From contig JALNXE010000003.1 of the NCBI GenBank assembly GCA_023230525.1, positions 7,037 through 71,036 on the forward strand: DNA of 64,000 bases, in the 5' to 3' direction. The translations under genes were made by a program, and so were the position numbers. The DNA is from Desulfobulbaceae bacterium (GTDB lineage: Bacteria; Desulfobacterota; Desulfobulbia; Desulfobulbales; SURF-16). The notes beneath the pieces were generated by a model. The model did no database searches. It was not told the origin of the DNA and saw nothing but the letters and a program-made list of their open reading frames with translations. How positions within the stretch are numbered: the stretch's first letter is position 1; every line of letters starts with the position of its first letter. Below, in pieces: positions 29,337-39,777 of this stretch.

Positions 29337-31107
29337 TTTCTGGTTGCATCCTGCACTTATCCTTATCATCGGCGGACTCGTTCTGCCGTTTATTAAAGGG
29401 CCAATCAGGAAACCCTACCTTCTCCTTGTGCCGGTACTGACTTTTTTGAATGTACTGGCAATGAATAAGGGTGTCCATGGCGTGGTTCAATTCATTGACT
29501 GGCAGTTGATTTTTGGTCGGGTTGACAGTTTGAGCCAGATTTTTGGCTATATCATGTCGCTCATGTGTATTATCGGGACCTTGTTTGCCTTGAATGTTGA
29601 AGAGGACACGCAGCATATTGCCGCCTGGTTTTATGTGGCCGGGTCCCTTGGGGTTATATTCTGCGGTGACTATGTTGTTCTTTTCCTCTTCTGGGAACTC
29701 ATGGCCTTTGCCTCTGTTTTTCTTGTCTGGTTCCGGCGCGGACCCCAGTCTCTTGCCACCGGTTACCGTTATTTATTAATTCATACTCTGGGCGGCCTCT
29801 TTCTGCTGGCCGGTTTTGTGCTTCGTTATTACAACACCGGCGGGGATCTTTCCTTTGGGCCGCTGGGCGTAGATACCCCTAATCTTTCCACCTATTTGAT
29901 CTTGCTTGGTTTTATTGTTAATGCAGCTGTTCCGCCTTTTCATTCCTGGCTGCAGGATGCCTATGCCGAGGCAAGTGTCGCTGGCGCCGTGTTCATGTGC
30001 GCCTTTACCACCAAAACCGCCATTTACGTTCTGGCCCGCGGTTTTGCCGGTATGGAGATTCTTATCGTCCTGGGGGCTGTCATGGCCCTGTATGGTGTTG
30101 TCTATGGTGTCATTGAAAACGACGGCAGGCGCATTTTCGCCTGGGATACGATAAGTCAGGTCGGCTATATGGTGTGCGGCGTAGGAATCGGCTCCGAACT
30201 GGCTATCAACGGCGCCTGCGCCCATGCCTTTGCCCATATCCTTTACAATGGCCTGTTGTTCATGGGTACCGGCTCGGTGCTTTACATGACCGGTACCTGT
30301 AAGCTGACGGAACTGGGCGGGCTCTATAAGAAAATGCCGCGCACCTTCTTCTTTACGCTTATCGGCGGATTGTCCATTGCCGGCTTTCCGCTGTTCAGCG
30401 GTTTTGTCAGCAAGTCGATGATCATCGCTGCTGGCTTGGAGCATCATCATTACTGGGCCGGCTTTTCGCTGCTGCTCGCAGCTGGCGGGACCTTTCTGCT
30501 GGCCGGCCTCAAGGTGCCCTACTATATCTGGTTCGGTAAAAACAACTGTTCCACTGAAGTATGGGAAAAAGCCGCAGATCCGCCCTGGAACATGCAGGCA
30601 GCCATGGCAATTGCTGCTGTCATGTGTGCCTTCATCGGCTGCTATACCCCTTATCTGTACCATATGCTGCCGTTTCCCGTGGAATACAATCCCTATACCG
30701 CTTACCATCTGTCAGAAACCTTTCAGATTATCGGTGGTACGGGAATTATGTTCTTTGTCCTGAAAAGGTTCATGGAGCCCACTGCCACCATCAGCCTGGA
30801 TCTCGACTGGTTCTACAGGATGGCCGGGCGAGGCTTTTTCTGGGTTGACACCCGGATTTTCCAGTTCATTGACACCAGCATCGGCGAAATTTATCGCTAT
30901 ATCGGTCTGTTCCCCTTGATGACCATTGCCCGTTTCTGGTCCTGGTTTGACTGGAATGCCATCGATGGTGTGGTGGACGGTACAGCCAGAACTGTCCGCT
31001 CCCTTGGAGGTGCGGTGCGAAAGGTTCAGGCAGGTAATATGCAATACAATATCTTCTTTGCTGCCTCGGTTGCTGCAGCGGCAGTGCTGGTCTTCGTCTT
31101 TGTTTGA
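29329..31107 (+). CDS. nuoL: Complex I subunit L-like protein (antiporter-like core plus NuoL-type C-terminal lateral helix and anchor)
   Basis: LFLFWELMAF, PFHSWLQDAYAEAS...TTKTAIY. The C-terminus WNAIDGVVDGTARTVRSLGGAVRKVQAGNMQYNIFFAASVAAAAVLVF resembles the NuoL/NdhF IDG.V.G...Q.G....Y motif. RBS GAGGA. Confidence 0.75.
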   Translation: MNNFWLHPALILIIGGLVLPFIKGPIRKPYLLLVPVLTFLNVLAMNKGVHGVVQFIDWQLIFGRVDSLSQIFGYIMSLMCIIGTLFALNVEEDTQHIAAWFYVAGSLGVIFCGDYVVLFLFWELMAFASVFLVWFRRGPQSLATGYRYLLIHTLGGLFLLAGFVLRYYNTGGDLSFGPLGVDTPNLSTYLILLGFIVNAAVPPFHSWLQDAYAEASVAGAVFMCAFTTKTAIYVLARGFAGMEILIVLGAVMALYGVVYGVIENDGRRIFAWDTISQVGYMVCGVGIGSELAINGACAHAFAHILYNGLLFMGTGSVLYMTGTCKLTELGGLYKKMPRTFFFTLIGGLSIAGFPLFSGFVSKSMIIAAGLEHHHYWAGFSLLLAAGGTFLLAGLKVPYYIWFGKNNCSTEVWEKAADPPWNMQAAMAIAAVMCAFIGCYTPYLYHMLPFPVEYNPYTAYHLSETFQIIGGTGIMFFVLKRFMEPTATISLDLDWFYRMAGRGFFWVDTRIFQFIDTSIGEIYRYIGLFPLMTIARFWSWFDWNAIDGVVDGTARTVRSLGGAVRKVQAGNMQYNIFFAASVAAAAVLVFVFV

Positions 31108-31159
31108 GGGATCGAACGGTAAACTCTCTCTGTAATATATTGAATAGAGGATAGTGGGA

Positions 31160-32665
31160 ATGGATTTTCTAATAATGAATGAAGGGTTTCCCCTTTTGAG
31201 CACCATCGTATTTCTCCCGTTGGCAGGCGCGCTTGTGCTGCTTTTACTGCCGGGTGAAAATGTGCAACGAATATGGGCAATGGCCGTCACCTCGGTTAAT
31301 GCTGTAATTTCCCTCCCGCTCTATTCCCGGTTTGATGCAACCACAGCCAAGTATCAGTTCGGGGAGCATGTAAGCTGGATACCATCGTTAAATATCAATT
31401 ATACCCTTGGTATTGACGGCATCAGCCTGCTGCTGGTATTACTGACGACCCTGATTATGCCCTTATGCGTTCTCGGCTCCTGGACATATATTAAGACGAG
31501 AATCAAGGAGTTCATGATCTGTCTGCTGATCATGGAAACGGCCATGCTCGGTGTGTTCATGGCCCTTGACTTCGTGCTTTTCTATATTCTCTGGGAAGCC
31601 ATGCTGATCCCGATGTATCTGCTCATCGGCGTCTGGGGCGGACCGCGAAAGATCTATGCATCCATCAAGTTCTTTCTCTATACCCTGGCAGGTTCGGTCA
31701 TGCTTCTTGTCGCCATTATCGCCCTCTACCTCAAGAACGGTTCCTTCAGTATTCCCATGATGATGGGTCAGGATTACAGCAGCACCTTTCAGATCTGGGT
31801 ATTTTTGGCATTCTTCCTGGCCTTTGCCATCAAGGTGCCCATGTTTCCCTTCCATACCTGGTTGCCCGCCGCCCATGTTGAGGCGCCTACCGCAGGCAGT
31901 GTGATCCTGGCCAGTATCCTGCTGAAGATGGGTACCTATGGTTTTCTGCGTTTCTGTCTGCCCATTACCCCTTTGGCAACCCTGACGCTTGGACCCTATG
32001 TTCTTTGGATGTCGGTGGTTGCCATTCTCTATGGCGGTTTTACCGCCCTGGCGCAGTCAGACATGAAGAAGCTGATCGCTTACTCCAGTGTGGGACATAT
32101 GGGTTTCGTCACCTTGGGTATTTTTTTCCTCAATAAACAGGGGTTGGAAGGGGCGATACTGCAGATGATTAATCATGGGGTCACCACCGGAGCACTCTTC
32201 CTCTGTGTTGGTATGATGTATGAAAGGACCCACAGCAGGGAGATAGCCGACCATTCGGGTATAGCCCAGAATCTGCCGATTTTTGTATCGTTTCTGACAA
32301 TTTTTTCGCTGTCATCCCTGGCCTTTCCGGCGACCAACAGTTTTGTCGGCGAATTTCTCGTGCTGGCCGGGGCGTTCAGTGGCAATAAGATTGTTGCCGG
32401 TGCCGCCATTCCTGGCGCCATCCTGGCGGCAGCTTACATGATGCGTCTGCTCCAGCATGTCCTGTTCAGAGGCCCCGGCAGGCCGGATCTGGCTGATCTG
32501 AATGTTCGGGAGATTGTTACTCTTGCTCCACTGCTGTGCTTTGTATTCTGGATCGGTCTGGCTCCGGAGCCATTTTTAAGTGTCATGCATACAAGTGTTG
32601 AATATTTGATACAGCAGGTTGATATAGCCAAAACGGCACAGATTGCTCTGAATATTGTGCCGTAG
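31160..32665 (+). CDS. nuoM: Complex I subunit M
   Basis: LFYILWEAMLIPMY, FPFHTWLPAAHVEAPTAGSVILASILLKMGTYG. The ATG is at 31160; the track ORF starts at a GTG at 31154. Confidence 0.9.
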   Translation: MDFLIMNEGFPLLSTIVFLPLAGALVLLLLPGENVQRIWAMAVTSVNAVISLPLYSRFDATTAKYQFGEHVSWIPSLNINYTLGIDGISLLLVLLTTLIMPLCVLGSWTYIKTRIKEFMICLLIMETAMLGVFMALDFVLFYILWEAMLIPMYLLIGVWGGPRKIYASIKFFLYTLAGSVMLLVAIIALYLKNGSFSIPMMMGQDYSSTFQIWVFLAFFLAFAIKVPMFPFHTWLPAAHVEAPTAGSVILASILLKMGTYGFLRFCLPITPLATLTLGPYVLWMSVVAILYGGFTALAQSDMKKLIAYSSVGHMGFVTLGIFFLNKQGLEGAILQMINHGVTTGALFLCVGMMYERTHSREIADHSGIAQNLPIFVSFLTIFSLSSLAFPATNSFVGEFLVLAGAFSGNKIVAGAAIPGAILAAAYMMRLLQHVLFRGPGRPDLADLNVREIVTLAPLLCFVFWIGLAPEPFLSVMHTSVEYLIQQVDIAKTAQIALNIVP

Positions 32666-32744
32666 TAACTGTTGAGGCGACGTTGGTGATTTGACCGCGT
32701 AGTAAATTATTAAGGCAAGCGATTTTACAGTATAAGGATTACAC

Positions 32745-34160
32745 ATGTTGTTCGCACCAGAGTTATTAATGCTGATTGGAAGTCTGGTTCTCTTCTGTCT
32801 CAGTCTCGGGCAGAGGAAAGGAAATCTTGCGAAATATGCGTCGCTGGTGCTGGGCATTGCTTCATGTATTTTGAGCCTTGCCACCCTGCAGATGAGCGGC
32901 AATCTGTTTTACGATGCCTATCATGTTGATATGTTTTCGCAACTCTTTAAGCTGGCCATCTCCATCGGTCTGGTCATTGTCCTGCTTTTCAGCGGTGATT
33001 TGAAAGGTGTGGATGATAATTTGCGGCCCGAATATTTTCTCTTTATGATTCTCAGCACCCTGGGACTCATGATGCTGGTCAGCAGTGTAGAGCTGCTCTC
33101 GCTCTTTATTGCCCTGGAGCTTTCATCCTATTCGCTTTACCTTATGGTGCCGATGCGTGATGATCATGGCGGCATAAAGATGCAGATGGAAGCGGCGATC
33201 AAATACATCCTTTTCGGTGTTGTTGCCACCGGCACCATGCTTTACGGCATGAGCTTTATTTTCGGCATGACCGGCACTACCTACTTCAGTGAACTGGTTC
33301 CCAGGATGCATGAGCTGGCTACCACACCAACTGCCATGCTGGCTATTGCCCTGTTCATGTCGGGTTTCTTCTATAAGCTGGCAGTTTTCCCTTTTCACTT
33401 CTGGGTACCAGACGTCTACCAGGGCGCTTCCAATGCCACAACAGCCTTCATTGCCTCCGTGCCAAAACTCGGCGCAGTGGCTATTCTTATCCGCGTCACC
33501 ACACTGGTTGCCCCCACCGGCGGCGAGGCGGTAGTCAATATGCTCATGATTCTGGCCGTCTGTTCCATGTTTTATGGCAACCTGTCCGCTCTGGTGCAAA
33601 AAGATATCAAGCGTATGCTCGGTTTTTCCGGTATTTCCCATGCTGGTTTTGTCCTGCTAGGCCTGCTTACCTTGAAAGATACCGGTTACGCCACCTCCAT
33701 GTACTATATAGCCGGTTATGTTTTCATGAATCTGGCCTGCTTTCTGGTTATCTGCAAGGTTTCCAAGAATGGCGAAAACGTGAGTATCGATGATATGAGC
33801 GGTCTGTATAAACGGGCTCCGCTCCTTGCCTTGACCCTGCTGGTCGGTATGATGGCCCTGGCCGGAATCCCGCCTTTTGTCGGATTCATGGGTAAATTCA
33901 TGCTGCTTACCGGCGCTCTCCGGGACGGACATCTTGCCCTGGTTATTCTTGCGGCCCTGAATACCGCCATTGCTATTTATTACTATTTGTCCGTGGTTCG
34001 CGTTGCATTCTGCAGCCCACCTGAAGAAAGACCGGATGTGCCGGTGGATCTGGCGACACGATGTGTCAGTATTGCCTTAATTGCCGTCATCATCTTTATG
34101 GGTGTGGCTCCCAAGCAGCTGCTTGCTGTTGCCGAGACTGCGGTCCGCAACATTTTCTAA
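32745..34160 (+). CDS. nuoN: Complex I subunit N
   Basis: FIALELSSYSLY, FPFHFWVPDVYQGASNATTAFIASVPKLGA. Confidence 0.9.
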   Translation: MLFAPELLMLIGSLVLFCLSLGQRKGNLAKYASLVLGIASCILSLATLQMSGNLFYDAYHVDMFSQLFKLAISIGLVIVLLFSGDLKGVDDNLRPEYFLFMILSTLGLMMLVSSVELLSLFIALELSSYSLYLMVPMRDDHGGIKMQMEAAIKYILFGVVATGTMLYGMSFIFGMTGTTYFSELVPRMHELATTPTAMLAIALFMSGFFYKLAVFPFHFWVPDVYQGASNATTAFIASVPKLGAVAILIRVTTLVAPTGGEAVVNMLMILAVCSMFYGNLSALVQKDIKRMLGFSGISHAGFVLLGLLTLKDTGYATSMYYIAGYVFMNLACFLVICKVSKNGENVSIDDMSGLYKRAPLLALTLLVGMMALAGIPPFVGFMGKFMLLTGALRDGHLALVILAALNTAIAIYYYLSVVRVAFCSPPEERPDVPVDLATRCVSIALIAVIIFMGVAPKQLLAVAETAVRNIF

Positions 34161-34174
34161 TCTCATATCTTGCC

Positions 34175-34218
34175 GGCAGAGCAAATCAGCTAGATTGATT
34201 TGCTCTGCCTTTTTTTTA
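34175..34218 (+). terminator. Rho-independent terminator of the nuo operon
   Basis: GGCAGAGCAAATCA-GCTAGAT-TGATTTGCTCTGCC followed by T8. Confidence 0.85.
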
Positions 34219-34330
34219 TTTTTCCTTGAAGATCCGCAGGTTTTTCCCCATTTATCTTTACCATTAATTCTTTTCCATGATCCTGTTGGCCGCAAAAGCG
34301 TTCGACAGCTTACCCCACCCGACAGTCTGC

Positions 34331-34358
34331 TTGACAAGTTGAAAAAATTGAGTATAGT
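34331..34358 (+). promoter_or_regulatory. Sigma-70 promoter for tRNA-Gly
   Basis: TTGACA, a 16-nt spacer, then TATAGT. It lies about 17 nt upstream of the tRNA 5' end. Confidence 0.6.
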
Positions 34359-34375
34359 ATCAAATTAACCTATGA

Positions 34376-34451
34376 GCGGACATAGCTCAGTTGGTAGAGT
34401 ACAAGCTTCCCAAGCTTGGTGTCGCGGGTTCGAATCCCGTTGTCCGCTCCA
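34376..34451 (+). tRNA. tRNA-Gly (anticodon CCC), CCA encoded
   Basis: GCGGACATAGCTCAGTTGGTAGAGTACAAGCTTCCCAAGCTTGGTGTCGCGGGTTCGAATCCCGTTGTCCGCTCCA. The anticodon loop is TTCCCAA. Confidence 0.9.
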
Positions 34452-34652
34452 ATAATGTATTGTGATTCCCGCGGGTTGCCGCCGGAACAATTCTTGTGCA
34501 CGGTTACTGGATGGTTCTTCCATAACAGTGCACCCCCGTGGTCCGAGCACCGAGAATGCAGGGTTTTATTTCTGTTTCTTTGCTGCCAATTGATGACCGG
34601 GTGTCGAAACCTTGAGACTGGATGGCCATTCCTGCAGCCATCTGAAGATAAA

Positions 34653-34675
34653 GTGGGCTCTGCCCGCTTTTTTTA
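34653..34675 (+). terminator. Short hairpin plus T7, about 200 nt downstream of tRNA-Gly
   Basis: GTGGGC-TCT-GCCCGC followed by TTTTTTT. Confidence 0.5.
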
Positions 34676-34707
34676 TTTTTGATATAGGCAGATTGGCGCG
34701 GTTTGGT

Positions 34708-35172
34708 ATGCCTCCACTGAAAGATCATATAGTTGAAGAAGTTCAACGGTTGATAGGGCCTGTTCTAGCAGAAAATTTTCTGGAACTGGTTGAGGTGCAA
34801 TTTCGTCAGGAGCCCATCGGTTGGGTGCTCAGGCTTATTATTTATAAACAGGGCGGGACGTCGGTGGATGATTGTGCGAAGGTAAGCCGGGAATTGAGCC
34901 ATATCCTGGATGTGGAGGATTTGATCCCGCAAAAGTACTTTCTGGAGGTCTCTTCACCAGGCCTTGATCGTCCCTTGAAGACAGAAAATGATTTTCGGCG
35001 AAACAAGGGAGAAAAGGTGAAGCTTACCGTTGAAACTGATGGCACACAGCTTACCCAAATAGGAATTATTCAGGATGTGCAGAACGGCATACTCTTATTG
35101 CAGAGCGATGCCGGTATCATGTCGTATCCTTTGAGCGGGATAAGTAAAGCAAGGCTCGAAATTGAATTTTAA
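34708..35172 (+). CDS. rimP: Ribosome maturation factor RimP
   Basis: 154 aa starting at MPPLKDHI. Contains EVSSPGLDRPL. Located directly upstream of nusA. Confidence 0.85.
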   Translation: MPPLKDHIVEEVQRLIGPVLAENFLELVEVQFRQEPIGWVLRLIIYKQGGTSVDDCAKVSRELSHILDVEDLIPQKYFLEVSSPGLDRPLKTENDFRRNKGEKVKLTVETDGTQLTQIGIIQDVQNGILLLQSDAGIMSYPLSGISKARLEIEF

Positions 35173-35250
35173 ACAAGCCTGTGCAGTTTTTAATATATTT
35201 TTGCCGGTTTCACCCGTTGTAAAAGCCTCTATGGGCTGAAATCGTGGAGA

Positions 35251-36555
35251 ATGATGATGTTATCAGATTTAAAAAGAATTATTGACCAGATCAGCCGTGA
35301 CAAGGGTATTGACAGGCAGCTTCTCATTGAGGCGCTGGAAGAGGCTGTACTTTCTGCCGCTAAAAAAAGATATGGGTTGCGGCGGGAGATAGAAGTCAAA
35401 TTTAATGAAGAATTCGGTGAGGTTGAACTTTTCCAGTTCCGCAAGGTTGTTGAGCGGGTCGAGGATGAGCAGACCGAGGTGTCAATCCTTGAGGCCATGC
35501 GGCTTGATCCGGAGGTGGAACTGGGCGACGAGCTGGGCTCCAAGATGGAAAATGTTTCTGATCTCGGTCGTATCGCCGCCCAATCCGCCAAACAGGTAAT
35601 CATCCAGAAAATGAAGGATGCTGAGCGGGATGTTATTTTTGATATGTACCGTGAGCGCAAGGGTGACATTGTTAATGGTATTGTGCAGCGCTTCGAACGC
35701 GGCAACATGATCATTAACCTGGGCAGAACCGATGCATTGCTGCCCAAGAAAGAACAGATGCCCAGGCGTTCCTATCGGCAGGGGGATCGCATCCGCGCCT
35801 ATCTTATGGAGGTTCGTCAGGATGTCCGGGACCATCAATTGATATTAAGCCGCACCTGCAATGAATTTCTGGTAAAACTCTTTGAGATGGAAGTGCCGGA
35901 AATCGCCGAAGGCATTGTCAAGATTATCAACGCCTGCCGTGAACCGGGATCCCGGGCAAAAATAGCCGTTGCCTCGGCAGAGCCTGATGTTGATCCGGTG
36001 GGAGCCTGTGTGGGCATGAAGGGGTCCAGGGTGCAGAATGTGGTGCAGGAACTGCAGGGCGAAAAGATAGATATCGTGCCCTGGAGCCCTGATCCCGCCA
36101 AGTATGTCTCAAATGCCTTGGCACCGGCCCAGGTTTCCATGGTGGTGGTGGACGAGGACAAAAAGACCTTGCTGGTTGTCGTGCCCGATGATCAGCTCTC
36201 CCTTGCCATCGGCAGACAGGGTCAGAATGTCCGGCTGGCCTCCCAATTGCTCGGCTGGCGAATCGATGTGAAGAGCGAGCAGAAATATGCCAAGATGACG
36301 GAGGCGGGTTTTCAGTCCATGATGCGTATTCGCGGCATGAATGAAAAAATGGTGGAATCCCTTTATGATGGCGGCATAACCTCGGCTCAGGAACTGGTAA
36401 ATGCTGAGGTTGCTGACTTGATCGAATTGTCTGGTCTTGGTGAAGAGGCAGTGCAGATTCTCAAGGAAGAGGCCGGCAAATTTCTAAGTGCCGAGGAACC
36501 TCGGGAAACAGAATCTGAGGGGTCCTTTGACTCAGTGATGGGCGATAAACTGTAA
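35251..36555 (+). CDS. nusA: Transcription termination/antitermination factor NusA
   Basis: S1 and KH domains (GACVGMKGSRVQNVVQEL, AIGRQGQNVRLASQL). Confidence 0.95.
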   Translation: MMMLSDLKRIIDQISRDKGIDRQLLIEALEEAVLSAAKKRYGLRREIEVKFNEEFGEVELFQFRKVVERVEDEQTEVSILEAMRLDPEVELGDELGSKMENVSDLGRIAAQSAKQVIIQKMKDAERDVIFDMYRERKGDIVNGIVQRFERGNMIINLGRTDALLPKKEQMPRRSYRQGDRIRAYLMEVRQDVRDHQLILSRTCNEFLVKLFEMEVPEIAEGIVKIINACREPGSRAKIAVASAEPDVDPVGACVGMKGSRVQNVVQELQGEKIDIVPWSPDPAKYVSNALAPAQVSMVVVDEDKKTLLVVVPDDQLSLAIGRQGQNVRLASQLLGWRIDVKSEQKYAKMTEAGFQSMMRIRGMNEKMVESLYDGGITSAQELVNAEVADLIELSGLGEEAVQILKEEAGKFLSAEEPRETESEGSFDSVMGDKL

Positions 36556-36558
36556 CCG

Positions 36559-36852
36559 GTGAGTCTGCAGAAAGAAAAAAGAGTTCCAATCAGGACGTGT
36601 GTCGGGTGCGGCAGAAAAGCTGATAAGCATTGTTTCGTACGATTTGCTGTATGTGATGGGCAAATAGCTGTTGATAACAAATTCAGGATTGCAGGGCGGG
36701 GAGCATACTGCTGCAGGCAGGAAACATGTCTGCGCAATCTTTTGAAAAAAGAAAGAAAACTGGCCAGAGCCCTGCACTGTGAGTGCCTGCTGCGCCAAGA
36801 AGATAAAACGTCCTTGATGAACAACTTTATGAAAAGTTTAGCTGGAAAATAG
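36559..36852 (+). CDS. ylxR: YlxR/RnpM-family (DUF448) RNA-binding protein
   Basis: GTG start. Contains [11 protein letters not shown] and GRGAYCC. In the canonical position between nusA and infB. Confidence 0.8.
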   Translation: MSLQKEKRVPIRTCVGCGRKADKHCFVRFAVCDGQIAVDNKFRIAGRGAYCCRQETCLRNLLKKERKLARALHCECLLRQEDKTSLMNNFMKSLAGK

Positions 36853-36880
36853 AGCAGAAGGGAAGTTTCAGGAGCATATA

Positions 36881-39754
36881 ATGGGAAAAATCCGGGTATA
36901 CGAGTTGGCGAAAGAAGCAGGGGTTGAAAGCAAGACTTTGACCGCGCAACTCATTGAATTAGGCTACAATGTTCGAGCCTATAACTCCACTCTTGAAGAT
37001 GATATGGCTGAGGAAATCCGCACCAGGCTTGGTTTTAAAAAGGTCGAGGTACAAGAAAAAAGAATTGAGAGCAAAGGCCGGACAACGATTATTCGCAGGC
37101 GGTCCCAGGCAGTCCCGGACCTAGCGGAAGAAATTCCTGAAAAGGAAGCGTCAGAAGGCTTGGCTCAGGAAACAGCGTTTGAGCCGGAAGTTGCAATCAA
37201 ACAGCAGTCGATTGAGCCTCCCGAGCAAGTGGCTGCTCCGTTGATCGGTGAAAAGGCAATTCCGGAAGAGGCTACGGCCTCCCTTGCGGGAAAAGAAGCG
37301 GCCGAGGCGACTGCTGGGGCTGAGGTAAAGGAAGGAAAAGAGCCTGAGCCACCGCTCGAAGCTGAGCCTGGCGCCGTTGCTGTTGAGCAGATCCCGGGTA
37401 AGCAAGCGGCAATGCCGCTAAGGGAAGAAGTTGCTGTACCCGAATCCGCTGGTGCACCTGCAGCTCAGGAAAAGGAAAGCGCCACGGCGGATGAATCCTT
37501 GGAGCCCAGGCCGGAAGAGGCTGAGATAGCAAAATCGCCTGACCAGATTGCTCAGGGAGAGCCGGAACTGAAAAAAGAAGAAATCACGCCACTGCCGAAA
37601 CGCAAAAAAGGTTTGGCCAAGATCATCGGGCGTACGGAACTTCCTCTTCCTGTTGAAGAAACCAAACTTCGCGCCAAAAAGATTGAAAAACCAAAAAAAC
37701 CAAAGGTTGTGGCGCGTCCGGAAATTGAAACTGTGGAAACAACTGAAGAAGATCTCGGCAAAGGCAAAGGCAAAGCGAAGAAGGCCAAACGTTTTGTGAA
37801 GTTCAGCACGGAACCGGGTCTTGCCCGTTTCAAGAAAGGCGTTAAACGCAAAGACGGCGTTGACGTGGATGTGGAAGAAATCGGTCAGCTTGGGGCCCGT
37901 ATCGCCTCCGGAGTGCGCGTTATGCGCGGGCACAGGGGCGGCGGCTACAAGAAGAAGAAACGCGATGACGCCGAGCTGCTTGTCAGCGAAACAAAAGCCA
38001 TCAAGAAGCGCATCAAGGTGCTGGAGACTATTTCGGTCGGCGACCTTGCCCACAGAATGGGGGTTAAGGCCAATGAGATTATTGCAAAACTTATCAGCCT
38101 CGGGATCATGGCTACGGTCAATCAGTCCCTTGATGTGGATACGGCAATGCTGGTTGCCAGCGATTTCGGGTTTGAGGTGGAGCAGGGCATGACAGAAGAG
38201 CAGTCCATCATCAACCTTGAGGAGTCTGAAAGCGGCGGCACGGAGATGCCCCGGCCTCCTGTTGTCACGGTTATGGGACATGTTGATCACGGAAAGACCT
38301 CCATTCTTGATGCCATCCGCAATACCGATGTTGCCGCCGGTGAGGCGGGCGGCATCACCCAGCATATTGGTGCCCATTATGTTCGTTCCCTGAAGGGAGA
38401 CTTGGTCTTTCTTGATACGCCGGGCCATGCGGCATTTACCGAAATGCGTTCCCGCGGCGCCCAGGTCACCGATGTGGTTGTGCTGGTGGTTGCCGCAGAT
38501 GACGGTGTCATGGATCAGACCAAGGAGGCAATCAACCATGCCAAGGCAGCGGGTGTGCCGATTCTGGTCGCCGTCAACAAGATAGATAAACCTAATGCCG
38601 ACCCGGCCAGGGTGAAGCGCGAGCTGGCTGAACTGAATCTGGTGCCGGAAGAGTGGGGCGGGGAGACAATCTATTGTGAAACATCGGCCAAACAGGGGAT
38701 CGGTATTGATGAACTGGTTGAAAACATCATCCTGCAGACCGAGATTCTGGAGCTGAAGGCTGATCCGAAGCGGCGGGCCAAGGGCTGGGTTATTGAGGCC
38801 CAGCTGCACAAAGGTCGTGGGCCTGTGGCCACGGTGCTGATCCAGCATGGGACATTGCGGGTCGGAGACCATTTTGTCGCCGGAATTTATCACGGCAAGG
38901 TACGTTCGCTGACGGATGACAAAGGGCGCAAGATTGATGAGGCCGGTCCGTCTATGCCGGTTGAAATACAGGGTTTGAGCGGTGTGCCCAAGGCCGGTGA
39001 CGAATTTGTGGTTGTGCCGGATGAGAAAATGGCAAGAAGCGTCAGCAGCGACAGGCAGCTGAAAAGCCGTGAGTCGGAACTCGCCAGCAGCACGAAGATT
39101 TCTCTGGAAAATCTCTTTGAGAAGCTGCAGGAAGGTGAAGTAAAAGAGCTGCGGGTAGTGCTGCGCGCTGATGTGCAGGGCACCCTGGAGGCCTTTGGCA
39201 AGGCTATAAAGGAGCTGAGCACGGATGCGATCAAGGTGAAGATTCTGCATTCCGGCACCGGAACAATCATCGAATCGGACGTTCTGCTGGCGGCTGCTTC
39301 AGATGCCCTGATCATCGGCTTCAATGTCCGGCCGAGCGGCAAGGTGGCGGATCTGGCCAAGTCTGAAAATGTTGATCTGCGGTTCTATGATGTTATTTAT
39401 CATGCCCTGGATGATATCCGCAAGGCGATGGTCGGTCTGCTCGAACCGACCTTTGAGGAAAAGGTCATTGGCAAGGCTGAAGTTCGGGAAACATTCCATG
39501 TTCCCAAGATAGGGACAATTGCCGGCTGCTACGTGACGGATGGCAGGATTGAGCGCAATGCCCATGTGCGCCTGCTGCGGGATGGGGTGGTGGTCTTTAC
39601 CGGCAGGATTTCATCCCTCAAACGCTTCAAAGATGATGCAAAAGAAGTGCAGTCAGGTTATGAATGCGGTTTGGGTATCGAAAACTATAATGACATCAAG
39701 GTGGGTGACCAGCTTGAGGGCTTTATCATGGAGAAGACAGAGGCGGAGCTGTAA
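36881..39754 (+). CDS. infB: Translation initiation factor IF-2
   Basis: G domain [25 protein letters not shown]. 957 aa with an acidic/Pro-rich N-terminal region. Confidence 0.95.
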   Translation: MGKIRVYELAKEAGVESKTLTAQLIELGYNVRAYNSTLEDDMAEEIRTRLGFKKVEVQEKRIESKGRTTIIRRRSQAVPDLAEEIPEKEASEGLAQETAFEPEVAIKQQSIEPPEQVAAPLIGEKAIPEEATASLAGKEAAEATAGAEVKEGKEPEPPLEAEPGAVAVEQIPGKQAAMPLREEVAVPESAGAPAAQEKESATADESLEPRPEEAEIAKSPDQIAQGEPELKKEEITPLPKRKKGLAKIIGRTELPLPVEETKLRAKKIEKPKKPKVVARPEIETVETTEEDLGKGKGKAKKAKRFVKFSTEPGLARFKKGVKRKDGVDVDVEEIGQLGARIASGVRVMRGHRGGGYKKKKRDDAELLVSETKAIKKRIKVLETISVGDLAHRMGVKANEIIAKLISLGIMATVNQSLDVDTAMLVASDFGFEVEQGMTEEQSIINLEESESGGTEMPRPPVVTVMGHVDHGKTSILDAIRNTDVAAGEAGGITQHIGAHYVRSLKGDLVFLDTPGHAAFTEMRSRGAQVTDVVVLVVAADDGVMDQTKEAINHAKAAGVPILVAVNKIDKPNADPARVKRELAELNLVPEEWGGETIYCETSAKQGIGIDELVENIILQTEILELKADPKRRAKGWVIEAQLHKGRGPVATVLIQHGTLRVGDHFVAGIYHGKVRSLTDDKGRKIDEAGPSMPVEIQGLSGVPKAGDEFVVVPDEKMARSVSSDRQLKSRESELASSTKISLENLFEKLQEGEVKELRVVLRADVQGTLEAFGKAIKELSTDAIKVKILHSGTGTIIESDVLLAAASDALIIGFNVRPSGKVADLAKSENVDLRFYDVIYHALDDIRKAMVGLLEPTFEEKVIGKAEVRETFHVPKIGTIAGCYVTDGRIERNAHVRLLRDGVVVFTGRISSLKRFKDDAKEVQSGYECGLGIENYNDIKVGDQLEGFIMEKTEAEL

Positions 39755-39777
39755 AGCTTCCTCTGTAAGGGAACCCA

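Noticed and set aside
37418-39250. 610-aa ORF antisense to infB. Similar long antisense ORFs occur at 973-1926 (versus the MCP), 16246-17625 (versus mrdA/mreD), 42741-43907 (versus pnp) and 44792-46084 (a near full-length mirror of the M16 peptidase).
   Set aside because: Each lies entirely opposite a gene with unmistakable conserved motifs. Their translations are Arg/Gly/Pro/His-rich and low in complexity, and they have no RBS. Such shadow ORFs are expected where the complements of stop codons are rare codons in the sense frame.
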